Positions 1-10,374 of a stretch of DNA of 64,000 nucleotides are shown here, piece after piece (positions within the stretch are counted from its first letter, which is position 1; every line of letters begins with the position of its first letter). This DNA comes from a virus. Its lineage: Duplodnaviria; Caudoviricetes. Below the pieces are notes generated by a model that was not told where the DNA came from, searched no databases, and saw only the letters and a program-made list of their open reading frames with translations. The position numbers were made by a program, and so were the translations under genes. The stretch covers positions 32,001 to 96,000 of the IMG/VR virus record IMGVR_UViG_3300033066_001283. The stretch is one strand, 5' to 3'.

Positions 1-195
1 TACATAAACAGTGTCACCCTCTTTAACATCAGGTGGAATTAAGTTACCATCAATATCGTATGCACCTGGGCCAGCAGAGATAACAGTACCCCATCTAGGA
101 GTCTTTTCTAGAATCTCAGTAATAAGAATTCCATCTTTCTCTGGGGGCTTTATCATCTCAAAAACTACGTAATTATTTAGTGCTTCAACTTTCAT
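1..195 (-). CDS. groES: Co-chaperonin GroES/Cpn10, 3' end cut by the window edge
   Basis: Not in the ORF track; translated by hand from the ATG at 195: MKVEALNNYVVFEMIKPPEKDGILITEILEKTPRWGTVISAGPGAYDIDGNLIPPDVKEGDTVYV. This matches the Cpn10 pattern (GIL mobile loop, GxVxxxGPG, PxDVKxGDxV). Confidence 0.9.
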   Translation of the reverse strand, partial: MKVEALNNYVVFEMIKPPEKDGILITEILEKTPRWGTVISAGPGAYDIDGNLIPPDVKEGDTVYV

Positions 196-403
196 TATTT
201 AAATTGTAGCTATAAATATCAAAAACTCTTGAACCAGATTCCATCTTGACTTTATTCTTAAGAGGCTTGGAGAATAGAGAGTAGTTAGTGAAAGATAAAT
301 AGGTATACGATAAACTAGTATCAAACACCATAGATTTATTTATATTAGTAATAAAAAGCCTTAGTTGATTAGAATGTGTAAGTAACTTAGTTAACGCATT
401 CAT
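185..403 (-). CDS. Small hypothetical protein (probable start MNALTK at 403)
   Basis: Fills the gap between 438 and groES. The longer track start at 466 would overlap the neighbouring gene. Confidence 0.5.
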   Translation of the reverse strand: MNALTKLLTHSNQLRLFITNINKSMVFDTSLSYTYLSFTNYSLFSKPLKNKVKMESGSRVFDIYSYNLNNES

Positions 404-437
404 ATTACTAATATTATACTGCTTTGAATATGGTTTA

Positions 438-731
438 TTATTCCTGCTCTGTATCTGTATTATCACGTTTCTTCTTTGGTCGTGCTGGCTGCATAAGATG
501 CCTATTATATAGAAAGCCAGATAGTAAAATTAAAGTCTCTTTAGGTAATGAGGTAGATAAAATAACTTCTAATAATGCTGCATCTCTATACGGAGAGTGT
601 TCAGCTGTATTAGTAACCATAACCATCTGTGGAGATTTTCTATCTCCTCTGATAATACAAGTATCAGCTAAAGGAAACTTAGGTGTATCATCATCCGGGA
701 AATCAGATAACATCTCATCAAATTCTTCCAT
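438..731 (-). CDS. Hypothetical protein
   Basis: 97-aa ORF coupled to the upstream gene by a TAATG overlap at 731. Confidence 0.7.
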   Translation of the reverse strand: MEEFDEMLSDFPDDDTPKFPLADTCIIRGDRKSPQMVMVTNTAEHSPYRDAALLEVILSTSLPKETLILLSGFLYNRHLMQPARPKKKRDNTDTEQE

Positions 732-1078
732 TAGATCTCCGTATAGGAAAAATTCCTACCACCTGCCATAACAATAGCCTTAATCTGTAAAGCTACTCCA
801 TCTGGAAGCTCAATCAAATCTCGCCAACTATCAAATCCATATCTCTGATCATCCCTTTCAAAGAAGGGTGAATCTGGAAGCCAATCAGTAATTTCTTCCT
901 CAGATGCATATTTTTTCTTATCTGGATCGTAGGTAGAGAAATTAAGCCATAGCTGTGGTTTTCTTACATCATTGTACTTAATTTTAAGACTAATTGAGTC
1001 ACCAATTGAGGTACGTTCACTAACGAGATTATTAACGATTTCTAACCAACTTCTTTGGTCAAACGTATGTTTCTTCAT
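731..1078 (-). CDS. Hypothetical protein
   Basis: 115-aa ORF in the co-oriented gene string; no motif recognised. Confidence 0.7.
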   Translation of the reverse strand: MKKHTFDQRSWLEIVNNLVSERTSIGDSISLKIKYNDVRKPQLWLNFSTYDPDKKKYASEEEITDWLPDSPFFERDDQRYGFDSWRDLIELPDGVALQIKAIVMAGGRNFSYTEI

Positions 1079-1562
1079 AATAATTCTTAATCTGATTTAC
1101 ACTATCTAAATATTCTTTTTTGGTCAAGTTAAGATGCTTACAGATATCAGACTTCTTTTCTCCCCTACTGAGGAGGGATGCAACTTGATTAGCAGTCTTA
1201 CTTCCAAAGTCTGTGGGAATATCTGAATGATCTTTAATGGGTAATTCGACTCGATCACGATCCATATATCTACCCACTCTCTTAGTATGATCTAACAATC
1301 TTCCTCTAATACAGATCTTCAAGTAATTAAAGATCCTTTTATTAGAAGGATTATCGATCTTCTGTTTAAGACGTGAGAAACACATCAATCGCAAGTCCTG
1401 AATCAAATCATCTTTTTCTTCAGTACGATAATAGATTGGCAAGGTCTTAAATTTCTGCATAGAGAAATAGATAATTTTATCTATCATATTTCTCATCTCT
1501 TCATCATACTCTTTAGGATTCTCGTGCCATTTTGTATATAAGTGAAATAAATCTTCTCTCAT
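1059..1562 (-). CDS. Sigma-70/ECF-like phage sigma factor
   Basis: Region-2-like segment DDLIQDLRL...FNYLKICIRGRLLDHTKR, and a C-terminal region-4-like HTH (LLSRGEKKSDICKHLNLT). Confidence 0.65.
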   Translation of the reverse strand: MREDLFHLYTKWHENPKEYDEEMRNMIDKIIYFSMQKFKTLPIYYRTEEKDDLIQDLRLMCFSRLKQKIDNPSNKRIFNYLKICIRGRLLDHTKRVGRYMDRDRVELPIKDHSDIPTDFGSKTANQVASLLSRGEKKSDICKHLNLTKKEYLDSVNQIKNYYEETYV

Positions 1563-1579
1563 AGAAATAAATACACACC

Positions 1580-2671
1580 TTAACTGACAGATATAACAGA
1601 ACCAGTAATTAATGGGCTATTTGTTGCATTTGTTGAAGTTAAAGTAATGGTAGCTTTATTACCAACCTTACTAATATTAAGTAAAGAAAGGTCTGAGGGA
1701 TCTTTACCTCTTAAAAATACATTACCTAATGTTCTATTGTAGGGATCTTTCAACACTAGAGTCGCAGTATTACCAAATTCATAATGATAAAGCTTTACTC
1801 TTTTAACCCCAACATAGTTAGCAGAAGAAGGTTTAAGACCAAAGCATAGTTGAGATATTGGATCTCCTGATAACATCAATCTAATTGGTCCAGCTTTCTT
1901 TACCGTTAGTGATGAAGTATCATACCCTGGTAAATAGCTTAAATCTAAGCTATACCAAGTTCCTGTATTAGAGTCACCTAACTTCTGGTACCAAACACCC
2001 TTAAGCTCACAATCAAATGCAGGGAATGGCCAAATCTCTAATATGTTAGGATTGAGGCCTCTAAATTGCAAAGGAACCTTAATCTTAAACCAAGAGGTTG
2101 AACTAGTACTCCCAGGCTGAATAAATAACTGCTCCTCTTTCAACATATATACTCCATCATCATTAGCCTGGAATGTATCAATACTAATAGATGAAGGAGA
2201 AGTAGCAGTAGATTGAGCATAGCTTACTTCTATCTCTGGAGATACAATCTTATTCCCATAAACATCTGTCTGAACAATTAGATCAGTAGAGGATGAAATA
2301 GGTAGTAATGCTTGACCAAAGATCTGACTAATATCAGCTGTAGAAGTATTATCCACATAATTAGAGCTATGTATTGAAGCTAGTATCTGAGTATATCCTG
2401 AAGCTGCATCAACTCTAGTAGATAAACTAGTCAGTGTTGCATTTAGGGCTCCTGATTGTGCAATAGCTGCATTCTCAATTCTTAATGATCTTGTAGCTAA
2501 AATATTAGATCTTGTAGCAAGAAGACTAATATCACCACTCACAGCATTAAAGAATCTATTTAGTACATTACTATTACTAGATCCTCCCGCTTTAATCTTA
2601 GGAGTGTCAGCACTTTCAACTAAGAAGTTTGCACTCTGAAATGAAATTCTATCAAATCTGTTTATATTCAT
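1580..2671 (-). CDS. Virion structural protein (baseplate/tail-associated)
   Basis: N-terminal helical segment, beta-rich body and a C-terminal SPLIT strand like those of neighbouring paralogs; structural-gene context. Confidence 0.55.
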   Translation of the reverse strand: MNINRFDRISFQSANFLVESADTPKIKAGGSSNSNVLNRFFNAVSGDISLLATRSNILATRSLRIENAAIAQSGALNATLTSLSTRVDAASGYTQILASIHSSNYVDNTSTADISQIFGQALLPISSSTDLIVQTDVYGNKIVSPEIEVSYAQSTATSPSSISIDTFQANDDGVYMLKEEQLFIQPGSTSSTSWFKIKVPLQFRGLNPNILEIWPFPAFDCELKGVWYQKLGDSNTGTWYSLDLSYLPGYDTSSLTVKKAGPIRLMLSGDPISQLCFGLKPSSANYVGVKRVKLYHYEFGNTATLVLKDPYNRTLGNVFLRGKDPSDLSLLNISKVGNKATITLTSTNATNSPLITGSVISVS

Positions 2672-3234
2672 TCATACCACCTCACATCAATACCTTTTAT
2701 TAATAACCATTCTTTAAACTCAATTTGTTCTCTTATGTAATTATACAAGATAATATCAGCAGATGTTGGATAGATATCTGCTTCAGCAATAGCTAAATAA
2801 TTCCAAGATGTTAACAATGTTTGAAATAGACTGTTACAATTAACAATAGTTTGCTGCATTAAATAGTTAAATTTTGTAGATTCTCTATGGCCATTATATC
2901 TATGATTCCAACGAACAAAAGTATTACGTAAGCTGTTGTCTCTAGTACTTTGCTGATAATTTAAATACTGAAGACTTGCAGAATACCTAGTTAATGTGTC
3001 AGGAAGAACTGGGCCACCATCTAGACCGGCAGATCCCTTTCCCCCACCTGAACCAGTTCCATCACTAGAACCAGTTCCTGCACTAGCTCCTCCACCAATA
3101 GAGTTAGTTCCTCCAAATCCTCCACCACCAAATAATGATCCACCAATCAGTGTTCCAGAACCTAAATCATTCTGAAAGCCTACGGCTGTTACTGGGTCTG
3201 CTCCATAATCAACTGGGGTTTCTTCGTATGGCAT
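2668..3234 (-). CDS. Putative structural protein with Gly-rich linker
   Basis: Long Gly/Ser low-complexity N-terminal half; its stop overlaps the next start (ATGA). Confidence 0.5.
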   Translation of the reverse strand: MPYEETPVDYGADPVTAVGFQNDLGSGTLIGGSLFGGGGFGGTNSIGGGASAGTGSSDGTGSGGGKGSAGLDGGPVLPDTLTRYSASLQYLNYQQSTRDNSLRNTFVRWNHRYNGHRESTKFNYLMQQTIVNCNSLFQTLLTSWNYLAIAEADIYPTSADIILYNYIREQIEFKEWLLIKGIDVRWYE

Positions 3235-3238
3235 TAAT

Positions 3239-5464
3239 TTACCTCGTCATTACATTATACTCATCTAGAATTGGTGAAGATGAGGTTTGGTTAGATTTAA
3301 ACATTTCAGTTTTAATAAAGAGATTTGAAGGCTCTAAAACTGAGGGTTTAAAGATTAACAAGCTTGATGGATCAGCTCCACTAAAGTATCCATCAATTAC
3401 ATTCTTTGATTTCACATTATATAGAATAGTATCTAGTGTTTTATTCCATGCCCAGAATTGAGAATCATAGGGTAAGTTCCATGTTAGGTCAAATTCTGTA
3501 ACTGGTTTAAATTCACCTGATCCTACTATTCTAGTTATTTCATGCTCAGAAGAATTCCTAAAGTTCCAGTCAAATATTGATGGAGAAATTAAAAGCTGAC
3601 AATAGGGATCAGAATCATAAGTATCAGTACCAAATTGAGCAGGATCAGTGATTGTAAACATCAATTCAACTGTATTCCAACCTGCTTGGAATGAAAGGGG
3701 GAAGGTTATTCCATTTCTACCATTAGTCTCAATTGAGTCATCCTGATATATTGTATAAGGTTTATCGTCATTTAACACTGCTGAGCCGTTTATATACAGT
3801 GAGAAGGCCACAAATGATTTACCAATTTCTCTATATGACCTAGCTCCCGCAGCTCGATATCCTTGTAAGAACCAGTACTTAGATTCATTATAGAAAAACG
3901 GAGTTGGGCAATAAACATTAAATTTTAGTTTATAGTTAAAACCATACTGCATTCTTTGTAATGCTTTGTCACCAACTAGAGGAATTATACATAACTGCTT
4001 ATAGCTAGCTAATGCTCCTAATTCTGTATATGTGGCATACCTATTAAATAACATTGCTTGGCCATTTCTATTAATAGCATTACTAAGAGGGTAAATAGTT
4101 TTAGCATAATCTTGAATTTGAAGGGAGTCATTACGAAGATCAGTATCAACCACATTGGACCAAGATCTTAATAAGTTCGAGAAATCTTTAGTATCTGGAA
4201 TATGACTAGTTTCACCATCTTCTCTCCAATCCTTTTTAAAAGCTGTAACTTCTACCTGGTCCTCTCCTAAGTGAAGAACACCTTCTCCAACATTAGTGGT
4301 AGTTAGTCCGCCTAATGATACACCATATAAGCCTCCTAAACTATCTGTACCTACTGCTGCAGTAAATGGAACATTTATTGAGGCTAGTGATGCATCATCA
4401 ACTGATGTCCAAGAATCTGGTGATACCAAGTTCCATGGTCCAGTAATATCTGTAGCGTAGTAGAATTTAACAGAAGAGCCTGATGGAATAGTTCCTTTAT
4501 ACCCAATTTTTATCTCAGAAAAAGGATTATCAGGTTTTAAAAGATTACTATATATTACGCAAGAATCATTACTACTACTGGTATAAAGAGTTATATCTCT
4601 AAATCCAGCTATCTTTGGAAGAGTAGATGATGAAGACTTGAAAACAATCTTCATACCTACAGCATCTGTAAATGTTAATGAATAGGTAGATTTACTATAA
4701 ATAATACTTTTACTAACACTCTTAAATCCAGTACCATTATCTAAGAGTAGTTCAAACTCCACACCAAAGCCAACTGGATCTAAACATATAGAAGTTATAT
4801 TAGTCTTAGGAAAGCTGATACTAATATTAGCAGTTTCCTCTGTAAAGAACATAACTCTCCAGTTAGTAGTATTTCTACCATCAAATGCAAAGCTAGCTTG
4901 GGATCCTGTTTGATTTGCTGATAAGGGAATATTGACTGAGGTTATAGTAATTTCTTGTGGTAAGATTGTTCTATTAGAATCGAGTGAAGGGATAAAAGCA
5001 ATACCTTCAGATGTATCAAACCATGCAGTAGAAGCAGATGAAACGTTAGTAATAGAATTAAATGTTTCAGTAAATATCCAAGAAGCTAAGGTACTAGTTC
5101 TCAGCTTTTCATTCTCAATCTTAGATTTGATATCCTTACTCTTATTTTTCACAAGCTGAGATCTATTCCAAATCTCTAAGTTAATAGAGTTAAGATTGGA
5201 CTCAAGAGTATTAAGACTCATGTTAAGAACACTTAGATCTCTCTGTACCCCAACAAAGTACTTAGCCATTCTGCTAATCTCAATTGGATTACCTGTCTGT
5301 GCCTTATAAACAGGCATTGTAGGACTCCCATAAGGTGACCTACCAACATCTGAAACACCTAGTATTTCCTGAAATATCTCAGGAATTCTTTGTATCGAGG
5401 ATGTTTTAATACCCTTCATTGAAGCTTCTTCAAATAAAGCTACTTTCTGAATTCGTTCAATCAT
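3239..5464 (-). CDS. Virion structural protein with discoidin/F5-8C-like beta-sandwich
   Basis: N-terminal coiled coil, AFDGRNTTNW motif typical of discoidin-like domains, C-terminal SSPILDEYNV. Confidence 0.55.
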   Translation of the reverse strand: MIERIQKVALFEEASMKGIKTSSIQRIPEIFQEILGVSDVGRSPYGSPTMPVYKAQTGNPIEISRMAKYFVGVQRDLSVLNMSLNTLESNLNSINLEIWNRSQLVKNKSKDIKSKIENEKLRTSTLASWIFTETFNSITNVSSASTAWFDTSEGIAFIPSLDSNRTILPQEITITSVNIPLSANQTGSQASFAFDGRNTTNWRVMFFTEETANISISFPKTNITSICLDPVGFGVEFELLLDNGTGFKSVSKSIIYSKSTYSLTFTDAVGMKIVFKSSSSTLPKIAGFRDITLYTSSSNDSCVIYSNLLKPDNPFSEIKIGYKGTIPSGSSVKFYYATDITGPWNLVSPDSWTSVDDASLASINVPFTAAVGTDSLGGLYGVSLGGLTTTNVGEGVLHLGEDQVEVTAFKKDWREDGETSHIPDTKDFSNLLRSWSNVVDTDLRNDSLQIQDYAKTIYPLSNAINRNGQAMLFNRYATYTELGALASYKQLCIIPLVGDKALQRMQYGFNYKLKFNVYCPTPFFYNESKYWFLQGYRAAGARSYREIGKSFVAFSLYINGSAVLNDDKPYTIYQDDSIETNGRNGITFPLSFQAGWNTVELMFTITDPAQFGTDTYDSDPYCQLLISPSIFDWNFRNSSEHEITRIVGSGEFKPVTEFDLTWNLPYDSQFWAWNKTLDTILYNVKSKNVIDGYFSGADPSSLLIFKPSVLEPSNLFIKTEMFKSNQTSSSPILDEYNVMTR

Positions 5465-7437
5465 TATAATCCTTGCAATGCATAGTTCTTAAGACTTGCA
5501 GTATGGTATATATCCTTAGGGTTACCTTTAATTATAGCTTTAAAATACACACTACTAGTAGGGGAATCAAAGGTATATAAATTCTCACCATTTGATCCAA
5601 GCTTATTAATTAGTTCCCACTTAGCTCCATCTTTAGAGATGAAATAAGTAATCCATGTATCTTGTCCCCATTCATCAGGAACATCTTCAGTTACAAACAA
5701 TCCAACTGATTTAACTGGAACAGTAAATTCTCTTTTAACACTTTGAATTATACCAGTAGAGTCATACTGCATTTTCATGACAGTAACATCTTTTAACCCA
5801 ACAGCAGCTCTCCAACCTTTGAATATATCGAAGTCAACCTTATTAGGATCTCTTACATCTGTAAGAACAGTGGAATCATGGCTATACGATCCAATTCCAC
5901 CTACCAAATCATTCAGTAAAAATGCTGCTCCAATATATGGCATAGCTTTACCAAGCCAAGAAGCTGCTTTACCTAAGATAGGAGCTGCTGACCCAAATAC
6001 TTGAACAGGAGATGGAGTTTGTCCCTTTGTTAAAATATTAGTTTGGTTTACATTGTTATAAACATCGGTAACAGCAATACCAGTCTTTAGAATTCCACCA
6101 ATAGCACCCACTATTGAAGATTGTTTATTCTCAAACTTAAGAGGAGGTGGTTTCTCATTCACTGGGAATCTTTGATATTTAATCCATTTATCTACAGACT
6201 TCCAGAATAGTCCACCTCTAACACTTCTTTCCTGTGTAACTTGTTCCTTATATGGATGCGCTAACCCTTTAGCTTGTAAAACTGGTTCTCCTCTTAAAGA
6301 AACATTAATACTTTTAATCTTTCTATTAGTTGGAATGAAGTAAACAGAGCCAACTGATGCGGAGCCTGTTCTCTTAATGATCTGCTGTTGAAGAACTGTA
6401 ACTACTTTATCTGAACCTAGAATAACATTCTCAGCAATTAGGATAGTAGAGTTATCATCTAGGGTAGCTAATACCTTATCAATATAGATTGGAGAATCAT
6501 CTCTAGTAAAAGGTATAAGCTTAATAGCTGAAAGCTCTTGAGGTATTGTAAAATTCAATACGAATGACAAGTTAACATTACTAGGTGTGTCAGTAAAATC
6601 AGCCAAGTCTACTTCTTGGGTTGAGCCATCAGGCCATTCTAATTTAGCTTTCCAATCAAAATTAGAAGTAATCTCTTTAACATTCTTAGTTGTAGCTACT
6701 GAATCTGAGAATACAAATGATCTACCAAACATGGCTACTTTCTGATTTGGTGAAATTGCATTTCTCTCATATTCAAACCAAGTAGTTGTATCATTATCAA
6801 ATACCTTAGCGAAGTTACGGCTATCTGAAGTATCTAATGTTACAGTAGGCTCTTTATCTGAACCATTTAACTGAGAATTAATAACAATTAAGTTAGCACC
6901 TGGAATACCATTAGAGTTTGGATCAAAGGTAACTGAATAATCTGATATAATATTAAGAGAAACTGGAGATAATGTTGCTACTCCATAATCAGTATCAACT
7001 AAAGCAGTAGTATTATTCTTATCAATAAAAGTAGTGTTATTGAAAGTATCAGATACCCAATAAAACTTAGCACTCTCATCAAATGGTACTGCTGTTATAG
7101 ATTGATAGGAATCTACAGCTTCAGATAATAATTTCTCAGTAGCTTCAAGCTCAGCTTTTAAGTTATTATTAGTTTCAGAAATATTAGAATAGATAGTTTC
7201 TAATCTATTACTACCTGAAATAACATGATCAGAAGAAAGCTTGAAGTTATTTCCAACTAGATCATCAAGATTAATTGGATCAGCTAATGGAGCAATAGCT
7301 TCTAAATTAGAATTATTATGTTTAAGGGCCCTAAACACACTCCTTTCTATCTCTAAAATATTAGCATTTTGAGAGTCTATATCTTGAATATGTTTAATTA
7401 AATCTTGTGAAGATCTATTCTGATCAAAATTATCCAA
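5464..7437 (-). CDS. Virion structural protein, paralog of 3239-5464 (TTG start)
   Basis: Coiled coil, ALVDTDYGVATL, VFDNDTTTWF and C-terminal TASLKNYAL; same layout as its neighbours. Confidence 0.55.
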   Translation of the reverse strand: MDNFDQNRSSQDLIKHIQDIDSQNANILEIERSVFRALKHNNSNLEAIAPLADPINLDDLVGNNFKLSSDHVISGSNRLETIYSNISETNNNLKAELEATEKLLSEAVDSYQSITAVPFDESAKFYWVSDTFNNTTFIDKNNTTALVDTDYGVATLSPVSLNIISDYSVTFDPNSNGIPGANLIVINSQLNGSDKEPTVTLDTSDSRNFAKVFDNDTTTWFEYERNAISPNQKVAMFGRSFVFSDSVATTKNVKEITSNFDWKAKLEWPDGSTQEVDLADFTDTPSNVNLSFVLNFTIPQELSAIKLIPFTRDDSPIYIDKVLATLDDNSTILIAENVILGSDKVVTVLQQQIIKRTGSASVGSVYFIPTNRKIKSINVSLRGEPVLQAKGLAHPYKEQVTQERSVRGGLFWKSVDKWIKYQRFPVNEKPPPLKFENKQSSIVGAIGGILKTGIAVTDVYNNVNQTNILTKGQTPSPVQVFGSAAPILGKAASWLGKAMPYIGAAFLLNDLVGGIGSYSHDSTVLTDVRDPNKVDFDIFKGWRAAVGLKDVTVMKMQYDSTGIIQSVKREFTVPVKSVGLFVTEDVPDEWGQDTWITYFISKDGAKWELINKLGSNGENLYTFDSPTSSVYFKAIIKGNPKDIYHTASLKNYALQGL

Positions 7438-10374
7438 TTAATTGCTCCTAATAGGTGTAGAGGATCCCTCTTGCACTTTAAGTGTAAGCGTATGAATATT
7501 AGGTGTAGCTGCAGAAGAAGATGTTCTTATAATTTCTACAGCCATTCTTGGAGAAATATTTAAAGATTCATACTCAACAGTAATTTGTGCAGGTATATCT
7601 CCATATTTAAAGAAGTCTTTAGCAAAGACTACATCTCCAAGACTGGTGATATAATACTCCACAATTGGATAATACTTCTTACTAAGTTTGTTAAACTCTG
7701 GAGGAGTAAGCGTAGGTACCTCACCCGTAATATAGTTAGTTTTATTCCTAGTAATAAATGGAGTTTTAGAACTGGCAATTATCTGTCCCCTTAGATCAGA
7801 TAAGCTTGAACCACTAGGAACAATGCTACTGATAAGTGTATTAGATAGTGTGTTACCCATACTTTCATCTATAGCACAATATTCAGCTAAAAGTTGAGTA
7901 TAAGATGAGGGAGCAGTAGTTAAAACTGTGATCAATCCTTTACTGGGATCAGTAACCTCAAATTCAGAAGGAAGAAGTGGAGTATACCTATTTAAACTAG
8001 AACTATACCAGTATAATCTAAGTAATGATCCATTAATACCTGGAATAATTGGATAAAACTTAGTTGCGTAGCTATTAGTTTTGAAAACATCTGCTGAGAA
8101 TTGAGAACTACTAGTTAATTGCTGAGTGGTATCAGTATTAATAATAGTATCACTATTCTTAATTGCAGCTGGTACCGAGGTAAGAACTTCACCAACAATT
8201 GGTCGTATCTTAGATACATCAGGAGTTCCATAGGTATCTGGATATGCTATAAAGGTGTCTCCCTCTACTGTAACTCTAACTGGAATGTACCCTGACTTTG
8301 ATGAAATAGAATTAAAGTCAGAAGTTATTGCTGTATTTCCTCTAATCCTATCTTTAACATCTCCATTAGTTGTACCATATAATAACTGAGCATTAGGATC
8401 AAAGTTAGTTGGCCAAATACTATTATCATTCAACCAGCTAGTTATACTCTTAACTCTAACCTTTCTTAGATGAAGTGGTGAAGACAATGTAACTTTACCA
8501 TCTCTATCAGTTCCATCAAACACCTCTTTAATAGGAATAGGTGTAGTTATATAGAAAATTTCATCCTGTTTTGGCCAGCCAGCATCCCTTTCTTCATCAG
8601 TATAGAAGTAAAGAATTTTACCATCTTGTATGGGTGATGTTGCGTTATTAAATGGTGAGCCAATAAAGAATGGAACAATGTTAATAGACTTAGCTACATC
8701 ATCTGCATATGGATAAATCTTAAATCCAATCTGGGATCCATCTTGTCCATCAACTTCAGTAGTAACCCAAGCTTGTCTAATTTCTCTCTTACTTTTAAGA
8801 GGCAGGGAAACTACTGATCCTCTTGGAAGATGTTCTCTATATCTTAGATCTAATTCTTTAATTCCAAATCTGTAACTGAATAAAGATACTCCAGGGCCCT
8901 TAGATTCTAGAAGATCAACATTATCTTTAATCAATGCATTAACAGTTGAATCTATGTTTAGTTTAGGAACAGGTGTATTAACACCTGGTTTAACTAATGT
9001 CTCTCTTCTAGGATTAATCTGAGAAATAACAAATGTGAATCTATTAGATAGAACTGTCTTATCTAGAGAAACAGTAGTGGGAGATGAAATAGTTTTACTA
9101 ATCTGACTGGATTCTTCACCTAGAAGTAAAGAAGGTGATGCAAAGTATGCTGATGCATTACTTGTTGAAGTAAATATACCCAGATCTAAATACCCAGATG
9201 CTGCATTTGTAGGTATAAAATCTATTAACTTATAACCTGAGAAGAATCCTGGTGGAAAATCTTCTTTAAGTTTATAGTTAATAACTCTAGAAGAACTATC
9301 AATCCATACTAATCTAGCTCCAGAGTATAGATTACCTAACCCCTTCATAGAATAATTTACTTCAGCTCTTCTACCAATTGGTAAGCCAGTTTCTCCAGAG
9401 ACTGAAGCTGTAGATGATGGAATAGCAAATGTGTATCTAACATATCCTGTTGGAGCAGAAACTACAGCACCCACATCACCAGCAATACCATATGCAGTTC
9501 CAGTTAATACTGTTCCTGATGTTCTCCAGTATGAGAATGAAGAAGCTATAGATGTAGTTAAGGAAGCTGGGGTCCAAGATACTGATACAAGATCAAATGG
9601 TTCAGTAGTAACAGGATCAATGAATACTTCAGTAGCTAGAGTTGGTCTATCTAAATAGTATGTTACTTGAATAGCCATGCCCTGTTTATATGAATCTGGT
9701 AACCAAGCTATATCATTATTGTTAGCACGAATCAAATTAGGAGAATATGTTATTGCAGACCAGAAACTGTTTCTATCCCCGTCAACTATATCATAAATGC
9801 TACCACTCTCAAAGATCTGTGTAAGAGTATTTTCAACTACAACTCTTCCTGCAAATCCACCTAATGATCTAATAGAACTGAAGAAGCCTGTATCCTTAAG
9901 TCTAAAGACATGCTCCTCATCCACATTCTCAAGTGGAGGATAATCAATATAGTATTTATCAGAAGATTCAATTAAATCAGTAGATCCACCTTTAATTCCA
10001 ATAGATGTTGAAGCACTATACTTAGTGCCTGTCTGTATAATCTTTAGACCATTCTCTATCTCTTTTAATCTTTTCTCAGATTCAATTAACCGAGCATTTA
10101 ATTGGGTATAGAGACCAGAAATATAAGAATCTGCTTGATCAATCGATTTATAAATAGCCCCAACATTTGAGTATAAGTAGTTAGAAGCATTATTCCATTC
10201 TGTGCTTGTATTTATAAAGGATGGTAGTACACCTAGGTTATTAACTATTGGAGACGTCAGCTGGTCTAGATTAATATTTACACTTACATCAGTACTAAGA
10301 TTATTCAGCATATAATTGTATGCTTGCTTAGCCCAGGTAAATGGTTTTAGATAAGCTTCTGTATACTCTAACAT
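7438..10374 (-). CDS. Large virion structural protein (baseplate wedge/fibre-attachment-like)
   Basis: Coiled coil, IVDGDRNSFW discoidin-like motif, C-terminal TPNIHTLTL; 978 aa. Confidence 0.55.
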   Translation of the reverse strand: MLEYTEAYLKPFTWAKQAYNYMLNNLSTDVSVNINLDQLTSPIVNNLGVLPSFINTSTEWNNASNYLYSNVGAIYKSIDQADSYISGLYTQLNARLIESEKRLKEIENGLKIIQTGTKYSASTSIGIKGGSTDLIESSDKYYIDYPPLENVDEEHVFRLKDTGFFSSIRSLGGFAGRVVVENTLTQIFESGSIYDIVDGDRNSFWSAITYSPNLIRANNNDIAWLPDSYKQGMAIQVTYYLDRPTLATEVFIDPVTTEPFDLVSVSWTPASLTTSIASSFSYWRTSGTVLTGTAYGIAGDVGAVVSAPTGYVRYTFAIPSSTASVSGETGLPIGRRAEVNYSMKGLGNLYSGARLVWIDSSSRVINYKLKEDFPPGFFSGYKLIDFIPTNAASGYLDLGIFTSTSNASAYFASPSLLLGEESSQISKTISSPTTVSLDKTVLSNRFTFVISQINPRRETLVKPGVNTPVPKLNIDSTVNALIKDNVDLLESKGPGVSLFSYRFGIKELDLRYREHLPRGSVVSLPLKSKREIRQAWVTTEVDGQDGSQIGFKIYPYADDVAKSINIVPFFIGSPFNNATSPIQDGKILYFYTDEERDAGWPKQDEIFYITTPIPIKEVFDGTDRDGKVTLSSPLHLRKVRVKSITSWLNDNSIWPTNFDPNAQLLYGTTNGDVKDRIRGNTAITSDFNSISSKSGYIPVRVTVEGDTFIAYPDTYGTPDVSKIRPIVGEVLTSVPAAIKNSDTIINTDTTQQLTSSSQFSADVFKTNSYATKFYPIIPGINGSLLRLYWYSSSLNRYTPLLPSEFEVTDPSKGLITVLTTAPSSYTQLLAEYCAIDESMGNTLSNTLISSIVPSGSSLSDLRGQIIASSKTPFITRNKTNYITGEVPTLTPPEFNKLSKKYYPIVEYYITSLGDVVFAKDFFKYGDIPAQITVEYESLNISPRMAVEIIRTSSSAATPNIHTLTLKVQEGSSTPIRSN

